Position numbers and translations under genes: made by a program | Shown here: in pieces, positions 63,109 through 64,000 of the stretch | Layout: each line of letters opens with the position of its first letter | How positions within the stretch are numbered: position 1 is the first letter of the stretch | Notes under the pieces: model-generated | What the model was told of the DNA's origin: nothing | Databases searched by the model: none | What the model saw: only the letters and a program-made list of their open reading frames with translations | DNA from: Andalucia godoyi And28 | Taxonomy: Eukaryota; Protista; Jakobida | Assembly (NCBI GenBank): GCA_009859145.1 | Contig: VRVR01000008.1 | Coordinates: 9,494-73,493, forward strand | Direction of reading: 5' to 3' | DNA: 64,000 bases

Positions 63109-64000
63109 ATGGGCGGCGCATCTACAGCAGCTACGGACAGCAAAGCGACTACGGCAGGCGCAGCAGCTGGAGCCTCATCATCGTCGTCAGCGACTGCAAC
63201 GGCAACGGCCTCATCATCATCATCGAGCGACGTGGACACTGCGCTGGATGTAACTGAGCTTTCTCGGCAGATCCGGCAGTTCCCGGGGATAAAGATCGTG
63301 TATGGAAATGTGGCGATATGGCGCGGGCCAGAAGCACAGAGTGATCAGACGCATCGGTGGTGTGTGTTTCTTCGGGCAGACGATGAAAACGACGCATGGG
63401 ATCCAGTCGAGCACCTGCTTGCTGCTGAAAAGGCAGCAACGTCTGGATCAAGTTCAGCGGCGACAGAGAAGAGCGTGGAGGATGTGTTTGCATTTTCGGA
63501 GCATGCGCCAGGATCATCATCATCGGTGGTGGCACCTGGCGTGACGCCTGGTGTGGCGGCTGGTGTGACGGCTGGTTCTTCTTCAGGGCCACTGTCCGGT
63601 GTGAGCAGTTCAGGGGCACTCAGCAACGCAGCTCTTTTCCACAGATACTTTTCCCGCGTTGAGTTTCAACTGCACGAAACCTTCAATCCCCCCGTCCGTG
63701 TGATGCAGAGTCCTCCGTTTGCAGTCTGCGAGGTGGGCTGGGGGTCATTTGAAGTGTTCATCACATTGTTTCCGAGGGATACGGGGTTTGGCACAGTCGA
63801 ACTTGCCGTTCCACTGCAGCTGTACCCGAAACCGTCCATGGTGACCGAGCCTACGCGCGAGCCTGTCATGTCGTATTATTACGACATGGTGGTGCTGACT
63901 GGCGCAAAAATGCCCAATTCTGGTGCCGGAAGAAAACGAGAACTTGCGGATGTTGCGCCACCAACACCAACGGCGTCTTCTTCCGGCGCTGCGTCTGCGG
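63109..64000 (+). CDS. YEATS-domain protein (YEATS4/Yaf9-like); 3' partial
   Basis: Hand translation from ATG 63109 is open to the edge: IVYGNVA, THRWCVFLR, RVEFQLHETFNPPVRVMQSPPFAVCEVGWGSFEV. Missing from the track because it has no stop. Confidence 0.88.
   Translation, partial: MGGASTAATDSKATTAGAAAGASSSSSATATATASSSSSSDVDTALDVTELSRQIRQFPGIKIVYGNVAIWRGPEAQSDQTHRWCVFLRADDENDAWDPVEHLLAAEKAATSGSSSAATEKSVEDVFAFSEHAPGSSSSVVAPGVTPGVAAGVTAGSSSGPLSGVSSSGALSNAALFHRYFSRVEFQLHETFNPPVRVMQSPPFAVCEVGWGSFEVFITLFPRDTGFGTVELAVPLQLYPKPSMVTEPTREPVMSYYYDMVVLTGAKMPNSGAGRKRELADVAPPTPTASSSGAASA

Overview
Gene-dense eukaryotic nuclear DNA with the standard genetic code (TAA, TAG and TGA all act as stops). It holds about 31 protein genes on both strands, short AT- and microsatellite-rich spacers and very few introns; the five I could reconstruct are all GT-AG and sit at the extreme 5' end of their genes. 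Gene content implies an aerobic, flagellate, intron-poor protist (inference): mitochondrial Tim23/TMEM242/OXLD1, peroxisomal PEX6, centriolar-satellite CCDC13, CCAN CENP-P, G-beta, a four-domain Ca2+ channel and AP-3 beta. I saw no rRNA, tRNA, mobile element or CRISPR. Three genes are missing from the supplied ORF track: a TmcB-like membrane protein running off the left edge, a YEATS protein running off the right edge and a 49-aa lysine-rich protein. The 5' exons of CENP-P, RPS17, the channel, Nar1 and dephospho-CoA kinase are also missing from it. The most unusual items are a myosin-like protein that has lost switch I/II catalytic residues and carries a helical-repeat tail, an EEEE channel with Nav-like inactivation and C-terminal features placed head-to-head with G-beta, an intron splitting the RPS17 start codon, a probable single-subunit cis-prenyltransferase and telomere-like motifs in divergent promoters. 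All family calls come from motif recognition by eye; no database search was run.
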